NCBI GenBank assembly: GCA_009914755.4
Contig: CP068257.2
Coordinates: forward strand, 9,504,001 to 9,568,000
DNA length: 64,000 nucleotides
Source: the human T2T-CHM13v2.0 reference genome, Homo sapiens
Direction of reading: 5' to 3'
This document shows positions 1-14,245 of the stretch, in pieces (position 1 is the stretch's first letter; each line of letters starts with the position of its first letter). A model generated the notes under the pieces. The model made no database searches. It saw nothing but the letters and a program-made list of their open reading frames with translations, and was not told the DNA's origin. The position numbers and the translations under genes are program-made.

Positions 1-2831
1 GGGAAATTCTGCTCAGTGGAGTAGTCAGAGGACACACAATATGTATTGATTAAGTTGCTATCTCTTAAAGGTATGGTTTGTGGTTTCTCCCCATATTACA
101 GTAGCAACATCAAAGATCACTGAATACAGATCACCATAACAGATATAATAATAGTGAAAAAGCTTGCAATATTGTGAGAATCACCAAAATGTGACATGGA
201 GACATGGAGTGAGCACATGCTGTAAACAAAGTGGCTCTAGTAGACTTCCTCAATGCAGGCTTGCCACAAACCTTCAATTTGTGAAAAAGGCAGTATGTGA
301 AGTGCAATATAGCAAAGGTATATGTAAGGTACACCAGTACATCACCATGATAGACCCAAACTTTATACCAGGCACTACCGAAAGAGTAAAATTAGCACAA
401 CAGTTAGCATAGACAACATGACAACTTTTGTATGGCCATAGTATAGTTTCAGATATTGTTCACATTCTCTGCAACAAAGGAAGTTAAGATACATTACAGA
501 AAGGAGAATATGAAAGCAGTATTAGTAAAAGGGAATATCCCAACAATAGGAAAGCACCCCATTTGGATATTTACAAAAATTCTAAAAATTATCTTGTGAA
601 AATGTGAAATCCATATTTTAAAGGTCTTTGAAACAGAGAAAAATAGACTAAAATTTTATTAATTAAAGTAAATGTTAACTCCAATAAATGAGGAGAATTA
701 GAATGCATTAATGTGTTTTAAAATTATAAAACTAAAGTAATTTGGAAAAAAATGCGTATCGATAATACTCATTTAAGAAAACATGGTCACGATTTAGTCA
801 AATCTCATCTTTTGTCCCTTGTTTTTGTTTTTAAAAGTTGTAATAATAATTGACATTTACTCAACATTTTCATATATTGAGTAAAACCATATACCAAACG
901 AAAATTGCATCCTTTATATAAGTAGAGAAATTAGGCTTAAATAAATAACAAGTGAGAGGCCATGGTGCCAACCTAGTTTGTCATTTTTCTTTTGAAAATC
1001 CTAAGTTATTTGTTGTCAAAATTATCAATATTTTATATTTTGTTGCTCTTGCAAATAAAGCATTTCTAATTAAAGATCTTAGGGCTTCACATATCCTTCA
1101 GATAGCTGGTAAAATGCTGCTTTTTGCTAGAAGCCTTCTCCGCCCTTTCTATATAACAGCAACCTCTCTTCTCAGTTTCTTGTCATCTCCAGTACACCTT
1201 CTGGCTGCTTTTCTAATTTTATTTTTCCCAAGCACAACTTAGCACTTTACTGGAAGTCATCTGTTTTCTGCTTCACAAAGCAAGGACTTGTCTCCGTTGT
1301 GCCCAGCTCTAGCCTCAGGGCCTAGAAAAGTACTCAGCGTGTAATGTGCACCAAATACATATATATTGGATTAATATTTAAATGCGTATATACTTAGCTG
1401 TGAATAAATAGCATCAATATTTGTCTTTTAAATGTTAAAAATATAAAGTGTATAGCCTTCAAAAGTACACTGTACATAAACAATTTGAAGGTGATGAAGA
1501 GGACCCTGAAACAGGAATGGATTCCTAATTCCTAGCAGGGATTTAATGGCCATCACGGAGCAGCCAGATGTTATAAGATAAGGATATAAGATGTGAGAGG
1601 CATGGCAGGTAGGAATAGGGCTAACATATATTTTACTTAAAAGTTTTGAATTAGCTATATTGAAAAAAGTTTAACACATGTTACCACAGCAAACACTCTA
1701 AAAACTCTACTAAGAATTTTGGCTTAGACCAAGGCCAACATTGCTCTGGACATAAAATGGCCTTTTACACATGATGATGATCTTTTTAAAACCAAGTAAG
1801 TTAAGTACATTATTTAAAAGATTTTCATCCTGTTTTACCTGTTATTTCACTACTAAAGGATTTTTCTACTCTGAGTTTACTTTATCATTCTTTTTTCAGA
1901 ATTTTATCTGTGCTTATTTTAAATAAACATGAAAATTACTACCATTTAAGATAAATGTCCTTTTATCTTTCAATTATTTTTCCAGAGCAGTGCTTTAAGT
2001 ATTCATATAATTATGACAGTTTCTAAAATTTTACATATTTTATAACAGTTCATTCTGTATGAGTTTTCTTTTAATTTTTATAAGAAATACCTTGAGAGCA
2101 GTGATACATAATATATTATGCAAAACCTGAAAAAAATAGTGATTTCCAGCATCAAAGGTCATTTATTCTTCTGAGAGCCTAGTGACCTTTAAGTTAATTT
2201 CCTATTTTATGTATTTTTATAAATTACTTAGTATGTGGGTTATGTGTACAGAAAGCACACCACGTAACTTTAAATTGTTCTCAAATCATTTTGTAAGTCA
2301 TCAGATAAGTAGCTACTTAAGTAATCTATATATTTGTAATAAATATTTGTGTAGAAATAATAGAATGAGGAAGTCCTTTTTCATAACTTTGAATAAAACA
2401 CTATTTCTCCAGTTAAACTGGAGGGCAAATAAACCTTTTAAAAATATAACAGAAAGGTTTGATAAGAGCACAAAGTGTGTATTAAGTAAATGTTACAAAG
2501 GATAAATGGAAGTGAAGTACCTGGATTATCCTTACTGAGAATTCAACACCTATAAGTGAATTATAAGTGCAATCACAACTATCACAAACTTTGCTCCATC
2601 TCATTTTGGAATTGTAACAGCCTCAAGGGCATAATAACTTTCAAAAGACAGTCACTGAGTGCCAACTATATGCCAGCCCATATGCTAGGTATGGACTGCT
2701 ATGTTTTTTTCTTACTAATTAGAATCACTTAACTGCTTGAAAATGTGCATTGGTGGTAAACCTATTATCAGCCCTTACTCTATCTTTAAAATTTTAAGTT
2801 AAATTTTTGATTTAATGTAGAATCATTTTAT

Positions 2832-2860
2832 ACACACACACACACACACACGCCACACAC
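2832..2860. repeat. (CA)n microsatellite, about 13 units with one interruption
   Basis: Direct reading: acacacacacacacacacacgccacacac. Confidence 0.9.
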
Positions 2861-3013
2861 CAAAACATATAACTATTTTTCTTGAAATATCAAAATACCA
2901 CAAAAGCATTATGATTTTGTTTTCCTAAAATGTTTTAGTGTAAATGACAGTTAGATCTGTAGTCTGATTGCCTTAAAAAGTTGTTACATCTCTCTGAACT
3001 TGAATTATTATTA

Positions 3014-3295
3014 TTTTTTTTTGAGATGGAGTCTCGCTCTGTAGCCCAGGCTGGAATGCAGTAGCACGATCTCGGCTCACTGCCAGCTCCACTTCCCAGG
3101 TTCACGCCATCCTCCTGCCTCAGCCTCCTGAGTAGCTGGGACTACAGGCGCCCACCACCACGCCCGGCTAATTTTTTGTATTTTTAGTAGAGACAGGATT
3201 TCACCATGTTAGTCAGGATGGTCTCGATCTCCTGACCCGGTGATCTAACCCCCTTGGCCTCCCAAAGTGCTGGGATTACAGGTGTAAGCCCAAAC
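3014..3295 (-). mobile_element. Alu SINE (AluS/Y-like), antisense, poly-T at its left end
   Basis: Sequence 'ttttttttgagatggagtctcgctctgtagcccaggctggaatgcagtagcacgatctcggctcactgc...cctcccaaagtgctgggattacaggtgtaagcc' matches the reverse complement of the Alu consensus. Confidence 0.95.
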
Positions 3296-6200
3296 CCTGA
3301 ACTTGTATTTTTTAATCTGTAAAATGACATGATAATATAATATGCTGATCAAAGTTTGTTTGCACTCAGATCAATTTCCTCAGCAGTTTTCTTTTATTTT
3401 TTCACTGTAACAGAAATCTGCATTTCCCATGCTTCCTTGTCATCTAGTCTTTGGGTAGATTCAGGCAAGGGAAGGCAAAAGCCAAAGATTGAAGGGCAGG
3501 AAAAGGCAAGGAAAAGGGCCACTTCTGTTTTTGTTTGTTTGTTTTCTCTGCTTCTAATGACACCTACATCAGAGATCATATTTCTCCCTGGTCCCATTTC
3601 TCACCAGCAGTAATTCTACTGTGAAATGGCTCATTACTGGATCTCTGGAACTTTAGTTTCTCCCATTGACCTTACTATCATGAGGAAAGGATTAGTTCTC
3701 TGCTAGTGCTAATACTTTCATCACTATTCCTTGCTTTGTTTCTTAGTTATTTTCACCCTGATGTTACCTGCTCCACATAATAAAATCAGATTGTTTGTAA
3801 GTCCTAGACTAGTTTCTGCCTTGCTGGCTATATCCTCAATGAAGAGCAAATATTTACCTCATGGGAGAAATAGACGTAATGGATTTAGGAGTTTAGCAGT
3901 TTACAGGGCACAAATTAAATCTCAATAAATATTTACTCTGAGTAAAAAAGTACAAAATAGAAGTACAATTCTTTTTTATTGTCATTGATTTCAGAGCAAA
4001 ATGAATCAACAGTTGACAAATTAAGGATTAACTTATGCAAGATTATTCAACAAATATTTATTATTCATTTGCTCTATGCCAGAAATGTGTCTTCATGCCA
4101 GGTTAAGAAAAAGAGAAAACAGAAAAAAAAAATAGCTGTCCCTGACTAAAAGAGCTTATGTTCTTTCTTTTTGGGCGAGAAAGGCAGTGAAAAATTAAAA
4201 AATGAAACGCAGTATTAACATGCGGATAAGTTCTAGGGTGAAATTTGAATGCAGATCCAGAGTGACTGTCTGCCTCTCAAAAGAATTCTGCTGAGATGTC
4301 CAGAAGTAAGTAGAGTAGCAAGCAAATATCTACAGCGCATGTCTCTTTTAAAGACAGAAAAACAAAGTGGTTTCTAAGGTGGGTGAATCTTGGCATTTCC
4401 AAGAAATATCAGGAGGCTCTTAAGGATAGAATGACCAAAACAATGAGGGCTGTGATAAAATAAATTGGGGGAGGTATGGAGAAGGATCCCATATTGTTGC
4501 TTTCACAAACAATGACAAGGTTTTGGGTTTTACTTTGAGAAGGGGAACAATTAGAAAGCTATGAGCAAGACAGTGAAATTATTTGATTTATGTTTTATAA
4601 TTATTCTGACTCCTGGCTGAAAAACAGCCTCTAGGAATGAAAGTGAGAGAAATAGGGTCATCACTTATGAAGCTATTCCAATGATCCAGTGCTTTGGCAG
4701 TTGCCTGGACATGTCTAGTAAGAGGTAAAAGTAATCTGATACATCTTAAAGGCAGGTGTTCATGGATTTGATATGGCAAATGAAAGAAAGAAGCCACTAT
4801 GTGTTATATTCCTTGAGCCAAAATTGAGGTGTAAAATAAACATGCCCACATAAATGGTTGATTATGTTCTTAAATGAAGGAGAAAACAGTTGCAGTGATG
4901 TTAAGTCATCAACCATTTAAAATGTTGCTTTTGAAAGAGATGAATCAAGGAAGGGATGGACATGAATTTTCCTTACCTAAAAAGCTAGTGAAAATTAAGA
5001 GTGACATGAACAGGATTAAAACTTTATTTTATAGTGGTACTGAGATGAAACATCACACTATCTGACTTCATAGCTTAAAAATATAATCACCCCACCAACT
5101 TCTCACTCTTTTCAAGGATTTTGTGAGTAACCAGCTTTAATTTGGAAAACCTAGACTTCTACATACAGATTGTTATGTTTGTGAGTATGATTATTTCTAT
5201 CATTTTGTTTTACATTGTGCTTTATCATTCAATAATTAATATCTATCATTTTCCATTAACTAATTTATTTTATGACCATTTATTATTATTATTACCCTAT
5301 GGTAGTCAATAATTACTGATACATATTCCATTGTTTTTTGGGATTTGATATAGAATCAGAGAAGTTTGTTGCCAACTCCTTTTTAGTTGAATATGTATTG
5401 TTTTTGTCTTTAGTTTTTGTAAAACTTCAGATTTTCCATCTTGCCCCACTATTTATGGCTAAAAATCATATCCAAATATGACAAGGTTTAGGAACACATG
5501 CAGTTACTGAACACATGTTAAAGTATAATAACACAGAATACATTTTTGAAAGTAAGTTTATTAAAATTAACAATATATTTCTAGTTATATGCATAAGGAT
5601 ATACCAACATGGATTTTGCCTGCCCAATATTAATTTTCTCTTAATTTCTTTCTTACAGAACTTCAATTTGGTCATGAGTCTAAGCCCCAAATTATGTTTG
5701 CTGTCATGTACTCATGACAGCTCTTTTTCTTGATTTTTCTAGCCTTTATCCATTTGGAAATGTGAACCACCTTTTATAGGTGAGATACAATATAGCTGAA
5801 CCCTTCTCTAAAGGTTTCTGTAAAAAAGCATAAATGTACAAGCCTATCATCCTGATTCTATTTAGTTTGCCTTGAATATGAATGTGATAAATGAAGTAAG
5901 ATCTCACATCTTGCAACATGAAGTGGGAGAAGGGTCAACATAGAAGAAATGTCAGAAGAAATGAACCAATAGAAAATTCCTCATTTGCTAAATTTTGTTA
6001 AAAGAAAAAATAGATTTTAATATTAATCTGTTCTACACAGGCAAATGTTAACTGCAATGAAAATGTCTTTTAGATAATTCAGAACACTTTCCATCCTTGG
6101 TAAAAGTATTCATTTTACTGACTCACTATTATATATTTTGTTAAGTTAGAAACTCATATTCAATCAAAGGAAATAAAAGTTCCCCCTAATTTCTAGGAAT

Positions 6201-7421
6201 ATAAAAAATAGGTACACATAGCTTAGATAATATTTTCTATATTTGTCCAAGTAAATCAGTTTAGTAATTGTTTGAAATACTTCCAATTGATATGAGTCCA
6301 ATTTTAGAAGGAATTTTAGTTGGAAATGTTATTCTCTTTATGAAGATGTAAATGGCTCTGTTTACTGGCCAATATTTACATACACATACAGTCAATGAAT
6401 GTTAATTTGCACACAGTGGCATATGTAATTCAAAGTTCATTTTATTAGTTAATTTAGATATGGTTCAATGAGAGTTCAAACTGAGGGCATAGAGTCATAT
6501 AACATACTCTAGAAGAACAACTTCTCATGAAAACTAAAATAAATTGCTTTACCATGTTTGCCTTTGTATTTCACTTTTTCTGTTCTGAAGAATGAGCATG
6601 GTAAAATTTACATATATCTAACGCATATAATGGGCAATGTATGAATTATTTTACAAATTACTCATAACCAGAAGAGTTCTGTTGGATTTTACCATATGGC
6701 CAGATTCATCTTGCCTTTCAAACTTATGTAAGTAATTTTTCTGAATCTCTTTTTTTCCCATAACATACATGCTGCTGAGTCCACTCCTCCAAACTAAGTA
6801 AAGATAGGAATGCTCATGGCCAAATCATAAGTATAGAAAGTGACTTTTGAACTGATGAAGACTTTCTTCTTGTCTATGCTTTAGTCAGGCTTCTAGGAGC
6901 ACTCTTTTTGACTCTACTTTGTCCTTGGGCCCTGTCTTTACACTGCCTAGTCCAGCTGTTGCAAGAATGCTGCTAAGTCACTTTAGAGAGAATCTCCCAC
7001 TCTTGATATCTGATCACTCTGGCTTGCCGTCAGCAAGAATCCTCTTACGTTAGCTAACAAGAAATCCCCTACCCTTGATGTCTCCTCTTAGTAATTTGTA
7101 TTCATCGACAACCTTTCACTCTGCTCATTAGCTGCACTTCCCAGATATCTTTGCTGTGTTCAGAGTTGAACCTTATCTCTCTTCCTATTAGAATCATCTT
7201 GACACCTATCATTTTAATCTTAAATAAAGTGATCCTTAACCATTTTAACAAGTGTTGGAAATTTTTTTATTCAGCAGAACTAACAAATTGTTTGCAAACT
7301 ATTGAAATAGAACTATTCTATTATGGCCTGCAGATATTTTTCTCAATTATAATTCACTTTCATACTGTAAAAGTATCTTTGCTTTGTGTATATCTTTTTC
7401 ATACAAAAACTTTTAATTTGG

Positions 7422-7725
7422 CAGGGAACAGTGGCTCATGCCTGTAATCCCAGAACTTTCGGAGACCCAGACGAGCGGATCACCTAGGTCAGGAGTTGAG
7501 ACCAGCCTGGCCAACATGGCAAAACCCCATCTCTACTAAAACTACAAAAATTATCCAGGCATGGTTGTGGGCACCTGTATTCTCAGGTACTTGGGAGACT
7601 GAGGCAGCAGAATCGCTTGAACCCAGGAAGCAGAGGTTGCAGTGAGCCAAGATCAGGCTGCTGCACTCTGGCCTGAGTGATAGAGTGAGTGAGACTCTGT
7701 CTCAAAAAACAAAAAACAAAAAAAC
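7422..7725 (+). mobile_element. Alu SINE, sense orientation, A-rich tail (aaaaaacaaaaaacaaaaaaa)
   Basis: 'ggcagggaacagtggctcatgcctgtaatcccagaactttcggagacc...gcactctggcctgagtgatagagtgagtgagactctgtctcaaaaaac'. Imperfect flanking TSD: aaaacttttaatttg before, aaacctttcgatttatt after. Confidence 0.93.
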
Positions 7726-10700
7726 CTTTCGATTTATTTTCCAGAGGTCTATTTTTAATTTAGTAACAAGATTTTAAAAAATATTTATAAAATTAAATAA
7801 CAGTGGAATGTTAGAACTAGGCCCTATAAAATATAAAATTGTCAAAATTGGTTAGCATGATTGTAGCTTCAATCATGCTACAGATTGAATCAATCTGTAG
7901 TTAACTTCAATCAGAAGTTAATGTGGCAACTTCTGAAACCAAACATCATCATGCTTGGCATCAAGAGCTAAAGTAGTCATGAGTTAATGGAGAAGAACAA
8001 CTAAGGAATTGGCTGCCAAAGTAAAGTTTATGCTAAATTTAAATGAAATGAAATAACAAAGTAGTTTGAAATGAACATTCCATTGATTATTTTTAAAATT
8101 TTATTTATTAACAAAGTAGCTTATACTAACTGCCCACTGTCTATCCCAATAGTTACAGCAATAACATATAGTTAACATTTGTAATTAAATATTTCATTTC
8201 ATACAAATAGTATTTTAAAATTCAGGTGTTGATTTTTAAGCCTTTGAATGTTTGGCTGTTTAAAATTTAAGTGCATATAAAAATTGTAGAAAAGGGTCAT
8301 TATTAATAAAATATTCAAAATATGGTAAATTATGCATGATGATTTACTATATGCAAATTGATAAGTGATGTGAATAGTACATTTGAATAGAGAAAATATG
8401 TACATAAATGAATGGTATTTCAGAATCTAAGCAAATTGATGACTATATTATGTACTTGTCCCCAGTGTAAAAGAAATATTAATTAGAAAACTTTTTTTTT
8501 CACTAAAGGGCTGAACATAAAGTGTGATGGCAAATTGGTGTGTTCTTGTATTTCTTGTCTTTAAGAATTCTTTTCAGTATATTTTCACTTAATGTCTTAG
8601 CAATATTTTTCATCATACTTTTACACTTATAGCTGGACTATGCTTAGTGATAGAAAATAGTTATATAATGGGATTATACTTGGCCATATGAATTTGATGG
8701 TATGAATTAATCTGTGTTTCATCTTACTTGTGTCTACTTGTAAGTCATTGATGCTAATGTTATTAGTAATTTTTATAGGGTAGAAATGTTTTCTATATGA
8801 CATTTTTGAGAAAAGGAAGTCAATAAATCCCATTTGATATGCAACAGAAATAAAGATCTCTTATTTCAATTTTAAAATGCTTTATAACTTACATTGCTTT
8901 GTTTTATGCATTATTTGTTTTGATCAGATGCAAAATGAGTCAGTAATGTCATCTAACCACAAGTTTGATACATTTTTTAAAGAAAAATTTCCAAAATACT
9001 ATAACTGAGCAATAGGCTAATACTTCATAAATTAAAATATTTAAATATTCAATCTTTCTGAGTGGATATTTGCTGCATATCTCATAACTTGGCCTAATTC
9101 TGTAATTGGGATGAGAACTACCCAATTTTATTGGTAACCTCTTTTCTGCTCTGCAACTTTGGAAATACTATGGAGGACTCCAAATTCATTTGAGACAAAA
9201 ATATTAAAAATGTAACCCCCGATTAGGATTTCAGTTCCAAAGCTCTCCTTGGAGGGATATAGAGCTGGAGAAAATCACATTTATTTTTTGTCTCCTTAAT
9301 ATTGATATATAAAATCAGGTTAAAATTAGTATCAAAATGGGAAGCCTGCATTGTAAACCGGCTGGAATAATACACTCTGCAATATGAAGGAAAAAGGAAA
9401 AATTTAGTTGATTTATTTACCTAGCTATAATTTTTTAAAGAATTTTAAGTTTCTAATAAATTTAACTATAAATTTTTAATTTTCTATCTTTCATTTAGTA
9501 CCATCTATATAAACTTTTCCAGGCTACTTCTCTGAATCACCTGGCAAAATCTTATAATTTACCACCTAATTGAATAAAACACACACACACAAAATAATCT
9601 ATTTTGAATAATAAACATTATTTGTAATTATATTGTTGAGATTGAGAGTAATCATCAGGTGTGGAAAAACAAGGAAATTTTAACAATTTAAAATGTAATA
9701 ATCTTTTTTGTATTATGTGTGCTTTATACTCAGAAGTGCATATGTTTTATAAAAGTATGTGAATTTATAAATGTGGTCAATATTAATATTAAATTGTATC
9801 TTTTAATAGTATCTTCAATTATCTTTTTTTTGCTGCTGGATTCCATTTAGAAAAAAAAATGTTCTATATAGCAGTGTTGCTTTCTTTTTCTTTTCTTTTT
9901 GCTTTTCTTTCTTTTTTCTACTGATAAAGTATTTACTTGATCTTGGGGAAGAGGTATATAATCAAGTGACCACATTTTTCTTTGTTACATATTATTCAAA
10001 ATTTATAATCAATCTTTCCAAATTGTAATCGGTCTGAAACCCATTTGCTTTACTCAAATTATTTAGTGACTGTAAAAGTTTCAGAAACATATGAAAGTTA
10101 CAAATTAGCTTTAAATGTGTCATGTTTAAAGCAGTTGTTTTAAAAGCTAAGTCATTATCCATTATTATGTAACTAGTATTCTAAATATCACATCTTTGCA
10201 TTGTTTGACTTTTAAGGCATATGAAATGTTTTGGGTCAGAGAAATCATTTGCTTCACATGCCTAAGAGACAGACTCTATGGGTACTGAGTCATGCTAATA
10301 GTGGCAAAACCTGACAAACAATAAGCATCATTTTCAAATATTTTAAACATTTCACATAAAAATTTACTTTTAGCATACATTGCAGCCATCAAGGAAGCCT
10401 AAAGTAAGGAAAACCTCAGTGAAATATGATGAAGTTAATAAAAAGAAATAGCCATCATTTTATTTGTTTAAATTGCCACTACCTCTCATATAATTATGTA
10501 CAATATATAACATAGGATAATTAAGTCAAACTGTGTACCTACAGATATGGAGAGCCTTTTGTTTTAGGAAAAAGTAAAATGTAAATTAACTGGTAAAGAT
10601 GAGCTTTTCAATCTATAAGGCATAGACACTTTTCCTTAGTGGATTTGAAAAGGTTGTTATAAATCTGAAAATAAGATAGTTTTTCTATAATAAATGGTAA

Positions 10701-10887
10701 AAAACACTTTCACATCTTAACCTTATCATAGTATCACAATGCTGGAATATTTATACTAGGAAATAAGTAAGCTAATTCAATTATAAATTTCAGTAGAGGA
10801 AAGGATGAAGGTTAAAAAACACTATCTATTCAAATCCTTAGTCATGAGGTTGAATTCATTGAATCAGAGTGTGAATATATATCTATA

Positions 10888-10935
10888 TTTGAGACAGAAT
10901 GTGTATGTATGTGTGTGAGTGTGATTGTGTGTGTA
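10888..10935. repeat. Imperfect (GT)n / (TG)n low-complexity tract
   Basis: gtgtatgtatgtgtgtgagtgtgattgtgtgtgtacag. Confidence 0.7.
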
Positions 10936-11734
10936 CAGTCATTAGATATTTGCCTCATGGACAGTGGAGGAAAACATTTGCTGAGCTGCTTTCCTACCTT
11001 AAAGATTTAGAACTGCACTGTTTTCAAGATATACTTTTTATATCTCAAATAATTTAATATGTTATGTTTAGTTGTTGATATAACAAGATATCTGAATACC
11101 CCATAATTGAAATTATACCTGGAAATAAATACTTGAAATACTTGCTTCAGTGACATTTGTGGAAGTATACATATTTAAGTTCAAATTATAGGTATATTGA
11201 ACAAAATGATATTGGATTCTTCACTGGGTGCATACTTCTGAAACTTGTAAATAATTTGAAATTAGTTTCCAAGAACAGAAAGACAAATATTAGATAGGAA
11301 ATACCAAATTCTTAAGATTCATACATATAAAAGTGAAATAAAAATCAAACTTAATCTTATCATGAATTTTCAACTGTGGCTTAATTTTAGAACTTGTTAT
11401 AAAAATAGAAATGCTATTAATTTAATTATATTTATTAAAATCTAAAAATAGGTGATTATAGCTAGGACATTGACAAGTGTAACTATACATGAGTAAATAT
11501 AACTGAGGATAGCAACACATGAAATATATCATAAAAATTGAATTATTCTATAAATAGTATTATGTCTGGATTACTTAGAACTTGATTCCACTTAGAATGT
11601 CCCTGCTTTTATTTATTTATTTATTTTTGTAAACAAAATGAGCAAGAGGTTATTACACTTCATTCACTGCGAAAAGGTAACACTACATCAAAGATAACTC
11701 ACATACTTGCAGAAATATGGAAGGTATTTCTTTC

Positions 11735-12030
11735 TTTTTTTTGTTAAGAAATAGGGTCTCACTATGTGGCCCAGGTTGTAGTGCAGTGACTATTCAAAGG
11801 GGTCATCCCACTACTGATAAGCAGAGGAGTTTTATTCTGCTCAATTTTTGAGTTGACCACTCCTTAGGAAACCTGGTGGTCCTCTGCTCCCTGGAAGCTA
11901 ACATATTGATGCCAAACTTAGTGCAGACACTTCATCAGCATAGTGCATACAACCCAGAACTCCTGGGCTCAAGTGTTCCTCCCGCCTCAGCATCCTGAGT
12001 AGCTGGGACAACAGGTGTGTGTCACCTGGC
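11735..12030 (-). mobile_element. Rearranged Alu-like fragments (antisense), split by about 160 bp of non-Alu sequence
   Basis: 11740-11790 'gggtctcactatgtggcccaggttgtagtgcagtgac' (antisense Alu right-arm start after poly-T). 11951-12030 'cccagaactcctgggctcaagtgttcctcccgcctcagcatcctgagtagctgggacaacaggtgtgtgtcacctggc'. Confidence 0.6.
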
Positions 12031-12257
12031 TGAAAGGTATTTTTAAATACAAATGTTGTCCAGGAGTGACAGAAGCTGGAGAATTGCACTACTTGATGGA
12101 GGCTTTGTACAAGCTTTGAACAATAATAACAACAAAATTGAAACGCCAAAAGTGTTGTTTAATTAGCAGTTAACCACCAATAAAAGGAAGCCAGCCATTT
12201 CACACAGAGGATTTTGGTAATTGATTGTGTGATTCAAGGAAATAATATTATTAGGTG

Positions 12258-12682
12258 TGTATTAGTCCATTATTGCATTGCTATAAAGAAATACCTGAGA
12301 TTGGGTAATTTATAAAGAAAAGAGGTCTAACTGACTCACAGTTCTGCATGCTGTACAGAAAGAATGTTGCATCTGCCGGGCATCTGGGGAGGCCTCATGA
12401 AATGTATAACCATGGTGGGAAAATGAAGAGGGAGCTGGTGCTTCATATAGCTGGGAGCAGGAAGAAAAGTGAGAGGTGGGGAGGTGCTACACCCTTTTAA
12501 CAACCAGATTTCCTAATAACTCACTCACTCACTATCATAAGAATAGCACCAAGGAAATGGTATTAAACCATTAAAAAGAAACCACTCCACAATCCAATAA
12601 CCTCCCATCAGGCCCCACCTCCAACACTGGGTATTACAATTTGACATGAGATTTGGTTGGGGACATAGATCCAAATCATATT
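12258..12682 (-). mobile_element. 3' LTR (element orientation) of the MST-type MaLR element
   Basis: 'tgtattagtccattattgcattgctataaagaaatacctgagattgggtaatttataaag...gacatgagatttggttggggacatagatccaaatcatat'. Confidence 0.85.
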
Positions 12683-14245
12683 ATTTTGCCCTAGTCCCTC
12701 CCAAATTTTATGTCTTTCTCAGTTTGCAAAATATAATCATGCCTTCCCATCAGTCCCCCAAAGTCTTAACTCACTTCAGCATTAACTCAAACATCCAAAG
12801 TCTAAAGTCTTATCTGAGATGAGGCAAGCCCCTTCTGCCTAAGACCCTGTAAAATTAAAATAAAAAAAAACTCCCAAGATATAATGTATAATGGGGGTAC
12901 AGGGATTGGGTAAATACTCCCATTTCAAAAGGGAGAAATTGGCCAAAAGTAAGGGGCTACGGGCCCCATGCAAGTCTGAAACCCAGTAGGAAAGTTATTA
13001 AGTCTTAAAGCTTAACAATCTCCTTTGATGCCATCCAGGGCATACCACTGCAAGGATTGAGCTCCCAAAGCCTTGTGCTGCTCCACTCCTGTGACTTTGC
13101 AGGGTTCAGCTCCTACAGCTGCTCTCAAGGGCTGGTGTTGAGTGCTTGCACCAGTTCCAGGCACACGGTACAAGTGCTGGTGGATCTACCATTCTGGGGT
13201 CTGGAAGATAGTGTCCATCTTCTCATAGCTCCCCTAGATAGTTGTCCAGTAGGGACACTGTGTGGTGGCTCCAACCCCACCTTTCCCCTCTTCAGTGCCC
13301 TCATAGAGATTCTCCATCAGGGCTCTGACCCTGCAGCAGATTTCTGACTGTACATCTAGGTTTGTTCATACATTCTCTGAAATCTAGTCTCAACTCTTGT
13401 ACTCTGTGCACCCTCAGGCTTAATGCCACATGGAAGCCATCAAGACTTATGGCTTGAACCCTCTGGAGCAGCATCCTGAGCTGTACCTGGGCCACTTGGA
13501 GCCATGGCTAGAGCTGCAACAGATGAGATGCATGTAGTAGTGTCCCATTCTTCCTTCGTTGTCCTCTGAGCCTGTGATGGGAGGAGCTGCCACAAAGGTC
13601 TCTGAAATGCCCTGGAGGGTATCCCTCATTTTCTTGGCTATCAGCATTTGCCTTCCTTTTAGTTAAGCAAGTTTCTGCAGCTTGCTTGAATTTCTTTCCT
13701 GAAAATGGGCTTTTTGTTCTACCACATGGCCAGGCTGCAAATTTTTCAAGTTTCTACACTCTGCTTCCCTTCTAAATATAAGTTTCAGTTTGAGGTCATT
13801 TCTTTGCTCACACACATCAAAATAGTTTGTTAGAAGTAGTGAGATTACCTCCTGAATGCTTTGCTGCTTAGAAATTTTTTCCACCAGATACCCACCAGAA
13901 CTTGAGATACTCTCAAGTTCAAAATTCCACAGATCCCTAGGGCAGGCGCACAGTGCAGCCAACCTTTTTGCTAATGCCTAACTAAAGTGACCTTTGCTCC
14001 AGTTCCCATTAAGTTCCTTATCTCCATCTGAGACCTCCTCAGCCTGGACTTCATTGTGTGTCTCTATCAGTAGCTTGGTCACAACAATGTAACAAGACTC
14101 TAGTAAGTTCAAAACTTGCCCTCATCTTCCTGTCTTCTTCTGATCTCTCCAAACCCTTCCAATCTCTGCCCACTATCCAGTTTCAAAGCCACTTTCACAT
14201 TTTCCGGTATGTTTACAACAATATCATATTCCTCTACCAATTTTC

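Noticed and set aside
3880-4150. MIR-like motifs ('ctcaataaatatttactc', 'caacaaatatttattattcatttgctctatgccag')
   Set aside because: The matches are short and diverged. They are plausibly MIR/MamRep fragments, but too weak to annotate with coordinates.
13057-13962. Cluster of 64-99-aa ORFs in a GC-richer segment
   Set aside because: They lie inside the internal region of the MST-type MaLR element. They are decayed retroelement sequence, not a host gene.
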